Shown piece after piece: positions 20,666 to 29,927 of a stretch of DNA of 64,000 bases. The stretch lies in IMG/VR virus record IMGVR_UViG_3300022902_000008. One strand, 5' to 3'. The notes beneath the pieces are model-generated. The model was not told where the DNA came from. It ran no database searches and was given only the letters and a program-made list of their open reading frames with translations. Each line of letters begins with the position of its first letter. Within the stretch, counting starts at the first letter, position 1. The position numbers were made by a program, and so were the translations under genes. This stretch comes from a virus.

Positions 20666-21169
20666 ATGAAAGTTCGTCAAGGTTTTGTTAGTAACAGTTC
20701 AAGCACATCATTTGTTATTAAAGAGGAGTCGATTAAAACTACAGCAGAATGTGCATTGCAAATGTTAAAAATTGTTAAAGATGATTATTTTGATGAGGAT
20801 AGGGAGTCAATTATTGAAGGAATTAGAAAATATTCTAATGGGAAAATTTTGATGGCAATAAAATGGCTGCAAAACAATATTAAATATGATGGAAATATAT
20901 ATTTTCCATGGTCAATTAATTATAAAACATATATTTGGAAAAATAATAATGGGATATTTGTTGACACATGCAATAATCATTACTGGCATAATCATTTTGC
21001 TGTGGATTCTAGAATGGATCATTATTGTTGGTATACTTCTAAATATAATGACACACCGGAAAAACTACCTAGCGACACTCCAGATCCAATTAATAATTAT
21101 TTTGATGAATATTTAGACTTAAGTGATCTTACTTTTGTTGATATTAAAGATAATAAATATTGCTTTTAA
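20666..21169 (+). CDS. MKxRxGFVSNSSS-family protein 3
   Basis: MKVRQGFVSNSSSTSF. Confidence 0.8.
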   Translation: MKVRQGFVSNSSSTSFVIKEESIKTTAECALQMLKIVKDDYFDEDRESIIEGIRKYSNGKILMAIKWLQNNIKYDGNIYFPWSINYKTYIWKNNNGIFVDTCNNHYWHNHFAVDSRMDHYCWYTSKYNDTPEKLPSDTPDPINNYFDEYLDLSDLTFVDIKDNKYCF

Positions 21170-21184
21170 TAAGTATGGTTTGGG

Positions 21185-21460
21185 TTGATAAAGGTAAGAT
21201 CGAATGGGGGTCCAATGATTAGCAAAGAAATAGTTGAAGAGGGAAAAGCATATTGGGTTCAAGTTAGCCATATAGAGACATTTACTACTGGTTCTTTTTC
21301 TTATCCAATTAACTATACTGGCGTGGGGGTTGTCAATAGGAATAAATATTATAAAGAACATCCTTATTTTTTTATTAATTTGTCAAAACACACTACTAAT
21401 TATTTGTATATGGTTTTAGCCAAAAACATTAATTTTATTGAAAAGATAGGAGAGTTATAA
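21185..21460 (+). CDS. SH3/KOW-like paralogue family protein
   Basis: EGKAYWVQV...YTGVGVV. Confidence 0.6.
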   Translation: MIKVRSNGGPMISKEIVEEGKAYWVQVSHIETFTTGSFSYPINYTGVGVVNRNKYYKEHPYFFINLSKHTTNYLYMVLAKNINFIEKIGEL

Positions 21461-21463
21461 TAA

Positions 21464-22084
21464 ATGCCAAGATTTAAAGCTGGAGACATTGTGTCTTTCA
21501 AGTATAGTGGGCCATATTCACATGATCCAAGTCCAATGGTGTTAATATTAAACCCAAGTTGGGGTGGGTTTGTACATGCAATTAACTTGAATTATTTAAC
21601 AACACAACAAACAATTCATTTATTGTGCTTAGCCTATCCAGATAAGGCAGAAGATTTAACATTTAGTTATCCTGCTGTTAAAGATTTTTTAAAAACTTAT
21701 GGAGAGGTTCCAAATATTCATGAGCATCAAAAGTTTTATTATAATTATGTTCAAGAGCCAGCAACGAGGCTAATGGTATATAGAAAATATCGTGCATCAA
21801 GAATGAATGGGATTAATTTTAAAACTGTTGAAACTCTTAATAAGTTTACCTTGCAGGGAAGGCAGGAAAGAGAACGTGTTGAACAGGGTGAAGTTGACAA
21901 GTTAGCTAAAGAAAAAGAAGAGCAAGAAAGACAGGAACAAGAGGAAATCGATAAGCGTGCTCAAGAGGAGTTGGAAGCACAAGAGGCAGAAAAGGAAAAA
22001 ATTGAAGAAAGTAAAAGAATAAATCGTAAAAAGAAAACTTCCAGTAAAACAAAAAGGCCCAAGAGAAAAAAGAAGAAGATTTAA
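21464..22084 (+). CDS. T4 gp2-like DNA end protector protein
   Basis: F.Y...D..PMVLIL...GFVHAINLNYL...YRKY; basic tail. Confidence 0.6.
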   Translation: MPRFKAGDIVSFKYSGPYSHDPSPMVLILNPSWGGFVHAINLNYLTTQQTIHLLCLAYPDKAEDLTFSYPAVKDFLKTYGEVPNIHEHQKFYYNYVQEPATRLMVYRKYRASRMNGINFKTVETLNKFTLQGRQERERVEQGEVDKLAKEKEEQERQEQEEIDKRAQEELEAQEAEKEKIEESKRINRKKKTSSKTKRPKRKKKKI

Positions 22085-22486
22085 ATGGTTGATCAAAAGA
22101 ATAATTCTATATGGTTAGCATGGTTAGGGAAAGTTCTTTGGGTTGATTATAGTTTTATTCCTTATTATTATGTTAAAAATATTATAGATTATGAGCCAAT
22201 TAGAACAAAGACAGAAGCCGTTAAAAGACAATATTGTGGCCCTGCAATTGTTGCTGGTATTGATTTTGGAGTCAGCGATGCTTCAGGTGGAAATAAAAAT
22301 TTAACTTTTCCATATTATCAGTTACAATTAGCGAACAAGGAAGTTAATATTGAAAACAAAGTTTATAGTATTATTAGGCCCATAAGAAGAGATCCAACTG
22401 ACAACATTTGGTTAAACAGATATATATTTTTGGAATTGTTAAAAAATAATGGAGAGAAAGAAAAGGTTAAAGGAAACGAATGTTAG
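22085..22486 (+). CDS. SH3/KOW-like paralogue family protein
   Basis: GKVLWVD...YCGPAIV. Confidence 0.65.
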   Translation: MVDQKNNSIWLAWLGKVLWVDYSFIPYYYVKNIIDYEPIRTKTEAVKRQYCGPAIVAGIDFGVSDASGGNKNLTFPYYQLQLANKEVNIENKVYSIIRPIRRDPTDNIWLNRYIFLELLKNNGEKEKVKGNEC

Positions 22487-22764
22487 TTTGGATTAATGGT
22501 AAATGTGGTTATTGTGGGGTTGGGCTTGTACAATCAACATTAACATCTAGGGATACTGGAAGAGCATTATATATGATAAGTGTTCAAAATAATTCAGTTT
22601 ATAAATTTAAGAAATCTGAAATTGCGAAAGAGAATTACATTACTTTTGATAAAAAAATTAAAAGTGCTGAAGATTTAATGGTTTTTCATGGGATGGATTT
22701 TTTTAGTCATTTTACATATACAGACAAGACTGACTTAGTTTTAATGGGGAAGAAGGGTGGGTAA
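22480..22764 (+). CDS. SH3/KOW-like paralogue family protein
   Basis: LVWING..YCGVGLV. Confidence 0.65.
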   Translation: MLVWINGKCGYCGVGLVQSTLTSRDTGRALYMISVQNNSVYKFKKSEIAKENYITFDKKIKSAEDLMVFHGMDFFSHFTYTDKTDLVLMGKKGG

Positions 22765-23047
22765 TAAATTTAAAAATGGTGATTCTGTGTGGATTAATTG
22801 CACTTGTCCCTATTATGTTGGGCTTGGGATCATTATTCAGAAATATGGAAATGCATATATTACAAGAATTGCTAGCAAATCATTTGCAGTAGATTCTACA
22901 AGTTATCAAACAAGAAAGCTAAAGTGCAAATGGAATTTAGAAATGGCATTAGATTTATCATGTCATTTAAAACATCCTGTTGAGTATATATTTGACAATG
23001 TGTTATATTTACAAGAAGATCATTTAACATTAGTGGAGAAAAGATGA
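22757..23047 (+). CDS. SH3/KOW-like paralogue family protein
   Basis: KFKNGDSVWIN..YVGLGII. Confidence 0.7.
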   Translation: MGNKFKNGDSVWINCTCPYYVGLGIIIQKYGNAYITRIASKSFAVDSTSYQTRKLKCKWNLEMALDLSCHLKHPVEYIFDNVLYLQEDHLTLVEKR

Positions 23048-24012
23048 GCAAAAGCAAAGAGATGGTTATGTTGATTGATGGATTATCTGAATTTATTAGA
23101 CATTTCACGGCTAATCCAACACAGTCAGCTATAACTGGAAATCATATTGGTGGTGCTTTTGGGTTCTTAAGAGCACTTTCTTATTTGACTTATAATATTA
23201 GGCCAAGCAAAATTATAATTGCATGGGATGGAAAGGATAGTTCAAAAAATAGAAGAAAGTTGTTGCCTGAATATAAAAATGGAAGAACACCATTGAGGTT
23301 GAATAGGTTTTATAAGGATGAAACTCCTGTTGAGGTTGAAGAGAATAAAAAATATCAACTGAGGTTATTGTTTTTATGCTTGAAGTGTTTACCAATCACA
23401 CAAGTTTTTTCTGATGGTTGTGAGGCTGATGACATTATTGCTTATTTATGTGCAAACAAGTTCAAAGATAACAAAAAGTTGATTGTGACAAATGATAAAG
23501 ATTTTTTTCAATTGCTCGACAACAAGACAATCATTTACAGAAGCATTAAAAGAGAGTATGTCACAAAGAAGCATTTGATCGAAGAGTTTAAGATTTTGCC
23601 AGAAAATTTCGCTATTGCAAAAGCTATAAATGGTGATAAATCTGACAACGTTACTGGTGTTCATGGCTTTGGGTTTAAGACTATTGCCAAGATGTTTCCT
23701 ATTTTAAGTGAAAAATATATATATATTAACGACTTTATTGAAACGGTAGAAGGTTTTGAAGAAAAAAACAAACTAATTGAACGTTTTTTGGAAGATAAAG
23801 AGGTCGTGAAAAATAATTATAGAGTGGTAGCATTAGACGGGGTGATATTAAAAAATTCTCAAATAGATCAGTTAGAATATTGCTTTGAAAAAGAGGTCGT
23901 GTATGATAAAATAAAGCTATTGAGATTGTTTAATGAGTATGGTTTTAATAAGTTTGGGTTTAATTGGCCAAATGTTTTCAATTATTTAATGGAGGTTAAA
24001 AATGGGGTTTGA
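23044..24012 (+). CDS. 5'-3' exonuclease / T4 RNase H-like flap endonuclease
   Basis: LIDG, AWDG, RRKLLPEYKNGR, EADDIIA, NDKDFFQL, GDKSDNVTGVHGFG.KT. Confidence 0.93.
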   Translation: MSKSKEMVMLIDGLSEFIRHFTANPTQSAITGNHIGGAFGFLRALSYLTYNIRPSKIIIAWDGKDSSKNRRKLLPEYKNGRTPLRLNRFYKDETPVEVEENKKYQLRLLFLCLKCLPITQVFSDGCEADDIIAYLCANKFKDNKKLIVTNDKDFFQLLDNKTIIYRSIKREYVTKKHLIEEFKILPENFAIAKAINGDKSDNVTGVHGFGFKTIAKMFPILSEKYIYINDFIETVEGFEEKNKLIERFLEDKEVVKNNYRVVALDGVILKNSQIDQLEYCFEKEVVYDKIKLLRLFNEYGFNKFGFNWPNVFNYLMEVKNGV

Positions 24013-24253
24013 TCATGATTATGATAAAGAACTAGTTGGGATTTTGAGTGAACGTTATAAGGATGTTAAGTTTGATATTGGTAGAAATGGTTTTCTTTAC
24101 GCAAATAGTATGTCAACTCAAGTAAGTTGGAAAAGTGCTGTTGATGACTTCAAAAAGGCTTACATTAACAAGAAGGTGCAATCTTGGTTGCATGACAACA
24201 TGAAGTTAATGGATGCTTATTTTTATAATGAAACAAATTCAGAACAACAGTAA
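24002..24253 (+). CDS. Hypothetical protein
   Basis: GGAGG RBS; 83 aa. Confidence 0.6.
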   Translation: MGFDHDYDKELVGILSERYKDVKFDIGRNGFLYANSMSTQVSWKSAVDDFKKAYINKKVQSWLHDNMKLMDAYFYNETNSEQQ

Positions 24254-24264
24254 AGTTATAAATA

Positions 24265-25683
24265 ATGTCAGAAAACAATAATAATAATAATGTTGATTTT
24301 TCTTCTTTTGGGCCAACGTTTCAAAAGAAGATTGTTCAAGCATTAATTGTTGATCCAAAGTTTGCTGAGCAGTTGGTTGACATTCTTAATGTTAATTTTT
24401 TTGTTTTACAATATTTAAAAGTTATTGTTGATAAATATTTTAGTTATTATACAAAATATAATGCATTTCCATCATTTCAATTGTTATGTACAATTATTAA
24501 AGATGAGGTTGGTTCTGAAGGCGAGGAAGGTTTGGTCAAAAAAGAGATTTTATCTTATTTTGTTGACATAAAGACCCAGCCTTTAAATGGTGATTTGCAG
24601 TATGTTAAAGATAAGGCTTTGGAGTTTTGTAAGAGTCAGTCATTGAAAAATGCTATGTTCGAAGTAGTTGATATGATGGATAAAATGGATTATGAAAACA
24701 TTGTATCAACTATTAAAAAAGCCATTGATGTAGGGGGAGAAACGGACTATGGCCATGAGTATAGTGAGCGATTAGAGGACAGGCTTTCAGAAGATAATGT
24801 GGAAACTGTTGCGACTGGCTTTGATGTTTTGGATGATAAGAATATTTTAAATGGTGGGCTGGCAAGGGGAGAGTTGGGTATTGTTATTGCGCCTACAGGT
24901 GTTGGCAAATCAAATATGCTGGCAATATTAGCAGCTAATGCAATGAGGCAAGGGCTAAATGTGGTTTATTTTACATTTGAGTTGTCTGAAAAAGATGTTG
25001 GTCGAAGGTTTGATGCCAACTTTTCTGGAATCCCGCAAAATGAATTAAAAGATTTCAAAGAAAGTGTTAAAGAGAAGGTAAGTCAAAAAAGAGGGAGACT
25101 TTTTATTAAATTTTTTCCAACAAAAAGTGCAACCACCAACACCTTAAGATCTTATATTGACAAGTTAGCAATAAAGAACTTTAAATGTGACTTGCTAGTT
25201 TTGGATTATGCGGACACAATGAAGGGAACAAGATATACAGACACAAAAAGATTTGAACTTGAGGCAATTTATGAGGATTTAAGGAACTTGGCAGGTGAAT
25301 TACAAATTCCACTATGGACTGCTAGTCAAAGCAATCGCTCTGGATACAATGATGAAATACTTGAGATTGATAAGGCACATGAAAGTTTTGCAAAAACAAT
25401 GGTTGCAGATGTTATCATTACGTTAACAAGAAGGTTAAAAGATAGGGCAAACAATATGGGCAAGCTTTATATTGGCAAATCTAGAAGAGGCAGAGATGGG
25501 CTTGTGTTTCCTATTATGCTAGATACAGCAACAGTTAGGGCTGAGATTTATAATAAGTTAGATCAAAGTCTTGTTGAAAAAATGATGAACAAAGGCGAAC
25601 AAGGTGTTGATATGAAAGAGGTGTTAAAAAGTAATAGTGTTCAGGAAGCCTTTGCAGAATTAAGGAACAAAAATAACAAATAA
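24265..25683 (+). CDS. DnaB/gp41-like replicative helicase
   Basis: TGF..LD...GGL..GEL, Walker A APTGVGKS, FELSE, VLDYAD, LWTASQSNR. Confidence 0.93.
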   Translation: MSENNNNNNVDFSSFGPTFQKKIVQALIVDPKFAEQLVDILNVNFFVLQYLKVIVDKYFSYYTKYNAFPSFQLLCTIIKDEVGSEGEEGLVKKEILSYFVDIKTQPLNGDLQYVKDKALEFCKSQSLKNAMFEVVDMMDKMDYENIVSTIKKAIDVGGETDYGHEYSERLEDRLSEDNVETVATGFDVLDDKNILNGGLARGELGIVIAPTGVGKSNMLAILAANAMRQGLNVVYFTFELSEKDVGRRFDANFSGIPQNELKDFKESVKEKVSQKRGRLFIKFFPTKSATTNTLRSYIDKLAIKNFKCDLLVLDYADTMKGTRYTDTKRFELEAIYEDLRNLAGELQIPLWTASQSNRSGYNDEILEIDKAHESFAKTMVADVIITLTRRLKDRANNMGKLYIGKSRRGRDGLVFPIMLDTATVRAEIYNKLDQSLVEKMMNKGEQGVDMKEVLKSNSVQEAFAELRNKNNK

Positions 25684-25700
25684 ATTGGAGAAGAGTTTTA

Positions 25701-28565
25701 ATGTTAAGAACATATACTGAAGTTGAAGTTAAAGAAGCCACTTTAGATTATTTTAATGGTGATGAGCTTGCTGCAAATGTTTGGATCAACAAATATTGCT
25801 TAAAAGATAAAGACAATAATTTTTTAGAAAAAACACCAGATGATACACATAAAAGGCTCGCAAAAGAATTCGCTAGAATTGAAAATAAATATAAAAATGC
25901 ATTGCCTGAAAAAGATATCTATGAATTAATTAAGAACTTTAAGTATGTGGTTCCGCAAGGTGGCCCGATGAGTGGAGTTGGCAACAAGTATAAAGTACAA
26001 AGCTTGGGCAATTGTTTTGTTTTAAATTCTCCATTTGATAGTTATGGTGGAATTTTACAAACTGATCAAGAAATTGTACAAATTGCAAAAAGACGTGGTG
26101 GTGTTGGTTTTGATATTAGCACAATAAGACCGAAAGGAGCTAATGTTAACAACTCAGCAAACACTTCTGACGGTCTTGCTTTGTTTGTTGAACGTTATTC
26201 TAATTCGATTGGTGAAGTGGCCCAAGGTGGACGAAGGGGAGCGGGCTTAATTAGCTGCTCGATCCATCATCCAGACATCTTAGACTTTGTTACCCTTAAA
26301 AAAGATCTTAGAAAGGCTACCAACGTAAATTTATCTGTTAGGCTAACGAATGAGTTTATGGAAGCAGTCAAAAATAATACATCTTATGAACTAAGGTTTC
26401 CAGTTGGCAGCGATACACCAATAATTAAAAAAATGGTAGATGCAGTTGATGTTTGGGGTGAGCTAATCAAGTCTGCCTGGAAGTGTGGGGAGCCTGGAGT
26501 ATTTTTTTGGGACACAATACTTGACAATTCTCCAGCAGATGCATATGAAAAATTTAGAACTGTTTGCTCCAACCCTTGTGTTTCCGGTGACGCTATTGTA
26601 ATTACTGATATTGGTAACAAAACAATAAAGGAACTCGCTGATGCAGAAACTATATTTAAGGTTTTAAGCTTCAATGAAAGCAATAATGGGCTAGAATTCA
26701 AAGTAGCACATGCGTTTAAAACAAAAGATGAAAAAAAAATTATTGCAATTGAGCTTGAAAATGGTTCGACATTAAAATTAACATATGATCATAAAGTGTT
26801 TGTTTATAACAATGGATGGGTTAAAGCTAAGAAATTAAGAAAGAATGATGAAATAATTATATCAAATGGTGTTTCTAGAATAAAAGACATAAAAAGTCTT
26901 AATGAAAAAATTGAAGTCTATGATCTTAGTGTAAATGATAATAACAATTATTTTGCCAATGGTATGTTGGTTCATAATTGTGGTGAAATTTTTATGGGTG
27001 CTGGTGCAAGTTGTATATTAACTTTGCTCAACTTAAAATCATTTGTAAAAAATCAATTTAAAGAAGATGCTTACTTTGATTTCGAAATGTTTACAGAAAA
27101 GGTTCAATTGGCAACAAGGCTTTTGGATGACTTGGTTGATCTTGAATTAGAAAAAATAGATCAAATTATTGAAAAAGTAACTCTTGATCCTGAGCCTTCG
27201 TTTATTACAGAAACAGAAGTTAATTTATGGGAAAATATTAAAAGCATATTAGCTGAAAGTAGGCGAGTAGGGTTGGGCATTACTGCCCTTGGAGATGTTT
27301 TTGCATTTTTAAATTTAGATTATGGGTCAGATGAATCTATTAGCTTGACTGAAAAAATTTATAAGGCACTTTCTATCAACTCCTACAAGGCTAGTTGTAT
27401 TTTGGCAAAAGAAAGAGGCCCATTTCCAGCGTTTGACGCAAGTGTCGAAAAGAACAATAGTTTTATTAGCAAGGTATTAAATGAAGATAAGGGGTTATAT
27501 GATTTATATAATAAACATGGTAGAAGAAACATAGCCTTAACAACAACCCCACCAGCAGGTTCTGTAAGTTGTGAAACACAAAGCACTTCTGGTATTGAAC
27601 CTGTATTTAAGTTGTCATATAAAAGACGAAGAAAAATTGGGCAAGGGGAAAATGCCAAGGTTGCTTTTATTGATGATTTTGGTACTGAGTGGGAAGAATA
27701 TGAAGTTGAGCATTTTGGGTTAGTACAATGGAAGCATGTTTCTGGCTTAAATGATACAGAGAAGTCCCCTTATTATAATTCAACTTCAGATAAAATTGAG
27801 CCAATTAAAAAGGTTATGCTTCAATCGGCTGCCCAAAGATGGGTATGTCACTCTATATCAAACACAACAAACCTCTTAAAGACGGCAAGTGTTAATGATG
27901 TTAATGATATTTATATGATGGGTTGGCAAAGTGGTTGTAAGGGGATGACTGTTTATAGAGATGGTTCTAGGAGTGGAGTGCTTGTTTCAAAGGATGAGGA
28001 GAAAGAAAATAAATTTACACAATGTAACGCACCAAAAAGACTAAAGGAGTTAGTTTGTGATATACACTCTACTTCTATTGTAGGCGAACAGTATATTGTA
28101 TTGGTTGGTTTATATAATAACAAACCATATGAATTATTTTCAGGGCTACAAAATAAAATTAAAATACCTAGAAAATATAAGACTGGAAAGATAGTGAAAA
28201 ACTCTAAAAAAACCATTAGATCAACATATGACTTGATTGTTGGTGAAGGGGATGATGAGCTTGTAGTTTCAGATATTGTTGAACAGTTTGACAATAGCAA
28301 TAACTTGTCTCTATGTAGAATGGTTTCATTGTCGTTAAGACATGGAGCTAGCCCTAAATATGTTGTGGAACAATTGCAAAAAAACAAAGATTCAGATTTT
28401 TATTCTTTCACAAAGGGGTTGGCAAGAATTGTAAAGGGATATATATCTGATGGAGAGTCTGCTAATGGAATGTTAAAGGCTTGTCCTGATTGTGGACAGG
28501 AAGATGGTCTTGTTTATCAGGGTGGATGCATTCAGTGTTCTTGTGGCTGGTCTAAATGTGATTAA
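25701..28565 (+). CDS. nrdJ: Class II (B12-dependent) ribonucleotide reductase with mini-intein and C-terminal Zn ribbon
   Basis: SLGNCFV, RRGGVG, QGGRRGA, GEPG, NP/CGEI, PPAGS, TSGIEP, ISNTTNL, KGMTVYRDGSR, CPDC...CSCGWSKC. Confidence 0.92.
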   Translation: MLRTYTEVEVKEATLDYFNGDELAANVWINKYCLKDKDNNFLEKTPDDTHKRLAKEFARIENKYKNALPEKDIYELIKNFKYVVPQGGPMSGVGNKYKVQSLGNCFVLNSPFDSYGGILQTDQEIVQIAKRRGGVGFDISTIRPKGANVNNSANTSDGLALFVERYSNSIGEVAQGGRRGAGLISCSIHHPDILDFVTLKKDLRKATNVNLSVRLTNEFMEAVKNNTSYELRFPVGSDTPIIKKMVDAVDVWGELIKSAWKCGEPGVFFWDTILDNSPADAYEKFRTVCSNPCVSGDAIVITDIGNKTIKELADAETIFKVLSFNESNNGLEFKVAHAFKTKDEKKIIAIELENGSTLKLTYDHKVFVYNNGWVKAKKLRKNDEIIISNGVSRIKDIKSLNEKIEVYDLSVNDNNNYFANGMLVHNCGEIFMGAGASCILTLLNLKSFVKNQFKEDAYFDFEMFTEKVQLATRLLDDLVDLELEKIDQIIEKVTLDPEPSFITETEVNLWENIKSILAESRRVGLGITALGDVFAFLNLDYGSDESISLTEKIYKALSINSYKASCILAKERGPFPAFDASVEKNNSFISKVLNEDKGLYDLYNKHGRRNIALTTTPPAGSVSCETQSTSGIEPVFKLSYKRRRKIGQGENAKVAFIDDFGTEWEEYEVEHFGLVQWKHVSGLNDTEKSPYYNSTSDKIEPIKKVMLQSAAQRWVCHSISNTTNLLKTASVNDVNDIYMMGWQSGCKGMTVYRDGSRSGVLVSKDEEKENKFTQCNAPKRLKELVCDIHSTSIVGEQYIVLVGLYNNKPYELFSGLQNKIKIPRKYKTGKIVKNSKKTIRSTYDLIVGEGDDELVVSDIVEQFDNSNNLSLCRMVSLSLRHGASPKYVVEQLQKNKDSDFYSFTKGLARIVKGYISDGESANGMLKACPDCGQEDGLVYQGGCIQCSCGWSKCD
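26577..26978 (+). mobile_element. Mini-intein (134 aa) at the RNR catalytic NP-C-xE motif
   Basis: Starts CVSGD, block B LTYDH, ends YDLSV...ANGMLVHN, +1 Cys. Confidence 0.92.
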
Positions 28566-28569
28566 TTGC

Positions 28570-28598
28570 TTTAGTTTTTAACTAGGTCGTGGTATATT
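28570..28598 (+). promoter_or_regulatory. Putative promoter (TGCTTTAGT-N17-TATATT, extended TG)
   Basis: Same geometry as the 11400 promoter. Confidence 0.4.
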
Positions 28599-28636
28599 AT
28601 TGTTAGTTTAAGGGTTTAAAATGATAGAAAGGGTTT

Positions 28637-28912
28637 TTGAATATGATAGATAATATAAGAAGGTTTTTAACTCCTAAAGAATATCATGATTTCTATAGGG
28701 AAATGGATGATAGGTTTCGTCATATGCCGATCACTCTTCAGCTAGAATCAACAGCAAACCAATTTGTTAATAATTATTTTAAATCATATTGCCCCAACTT
28801 ATTTAATTATTATTCTTGTGAGGTAAGGATTGATGAGTATGGAGTTTTCCAAATGTGCTTTTTAGAAAAGGATCGTTTAGTTAAACATATAAAAATGGAG
28901 ATTGAAGTATGA
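28637..28912 (+). CDS. Hypothetical protein
   Basis: Follows a promoter; ATGA overlap with the next gene. Confidence 0.55.
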   Translation: MNMIDNIRRFLTPKEYHDFYREMDDRFRHMPITLQLESTANQFVNNYFKSYCPNLFNYYSCEVRIDEYGVFQMCFLEKDRLVKHIKMEIEV

Positions 28913-29424
28913 ATAAAAGTATTGAACTTAGTAGGACTTGGGCTATGCCTTCTATTTGGACATTTAATGTTAAGCCTATAAAGCAATTAATAGATAAATA
29001 TGTTCCAAATAATAACAATTGGGCAGATCCATTTGCTGGTAATAATAGCCCATGTAATATTACAAATGATATCGAAAAGAACAATCGTAATGCTGTATAT
29101 AATCTTGACGCATTAGATTTTTTAAAACAGCTAGATAGGGGTTCTGTGGATGGTGTTTTGTTTGATCCCCCATATTCTGTTGAACAATGTCTTAGGAGAT
29201 ATACACCAAAACATAATGGTACGGCAGGAAGAGCAGAATATTGGGCTAAGTGTAAAGATGAGATAGCTAGAATAATAAAACCGGGAGGTTTATGTATATC
29301 GTTTTGTTGGGATAGTACTGGTGTTGGTAAAAAGAGGGGTTTTGAAATTAAAGAAATCATGATTGTTTGTCATGGAGCATGTCATAATGATACAATAATT
29401 ACTATAGATAAAAAAATAAAATAG
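28909..29424 (+). CDS. Putative adenine-specific DNA methyltransferase (minimal)
   Basis: WAMPS.WTF, DPFAG, DALDFL, LFDPPYS, HNDTI. Confidence 0.8.
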   Translation: MNKSIELSRTWAMPSIWTFNVKPIKQLIDKYVPNNNNWADPFAGNNSPCNITNDIEKNNRNAVYNLDALDFLKQLDRGSVDGVLFDPPYSVEQCLRRYTPKHNGTAGRAEYWAKCKDEIARIIKPGGLCISFCWDSTGVGKKRGFEIKEIMIVCHGACHNDTIITIDKKIK

Positions 29425-29437
29425 ATTAGGAGGCTTT

Positions 29438-29725
29438 ATGAAGTATTCAAGTATGGATGTTGAGCTTATGTTAAATAAAATTTTAACATTGCCTGATAAT
29501 GATTTTTTGTCTCAAGATGAAATGATGAGATTAGAAACTATGTTAGGTGATTTGATGGGGATTAATAAAAATAAACATGATGATGGTGAAAATGCAGAAG
29601 GTTATAAAGAAATAATTGAAGAAACGTTAGATAGGCTATATGACTGTCAAGGGTATGTTGGTAGCATAGAGAGAGAGGTAGATGATGTTATTTATTGTTT
29701 AAAAAAAGCTGTGAAGGAGAAATAA
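29438..29725 (+). CDS. Hypothetical protein
   Basis: AGGAGG RBS. Confidence 0.6.
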   Translation: MKYSSMDVELMLNKILTLPDNDFLSQDEMMRLETMLGDLMGINKNKHDDGENAEGYKEIIEETLDRLYDCQGYVGSIEREVDDVIYCLKKAVKEK

Positions 29726-29726
29726 A

Positions 29727-29927
29727 ATGAAATATATTGTTGATATTACATATAAAGCTGTAGATAAAAAAACAAAAAAGAAGAAGCAAGAAAATAGAAA
29801 GTTTAATGTTGTTGGGAGTGGTAAGGATGAGGTTGTGGAGTGGGTGTATAAACAAATGGAAGTTTTAAATGTGAGCAAAAAAAATGTTGTTAGTGTGGAA
29901 GTTGTTGAGGAAGAGTTAAATGGATAA
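29727..29927 (+). CDS. Hypothetical protein
   Basis: AAGGAG RBS; in operon. Confidence 0.55.
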   Translation: MKYIVDITYKAVDKKTKKKKQENRKFNVVGSGKDEVVEWVYKQMEVLNVSKKNVVSVEVVEEELNG

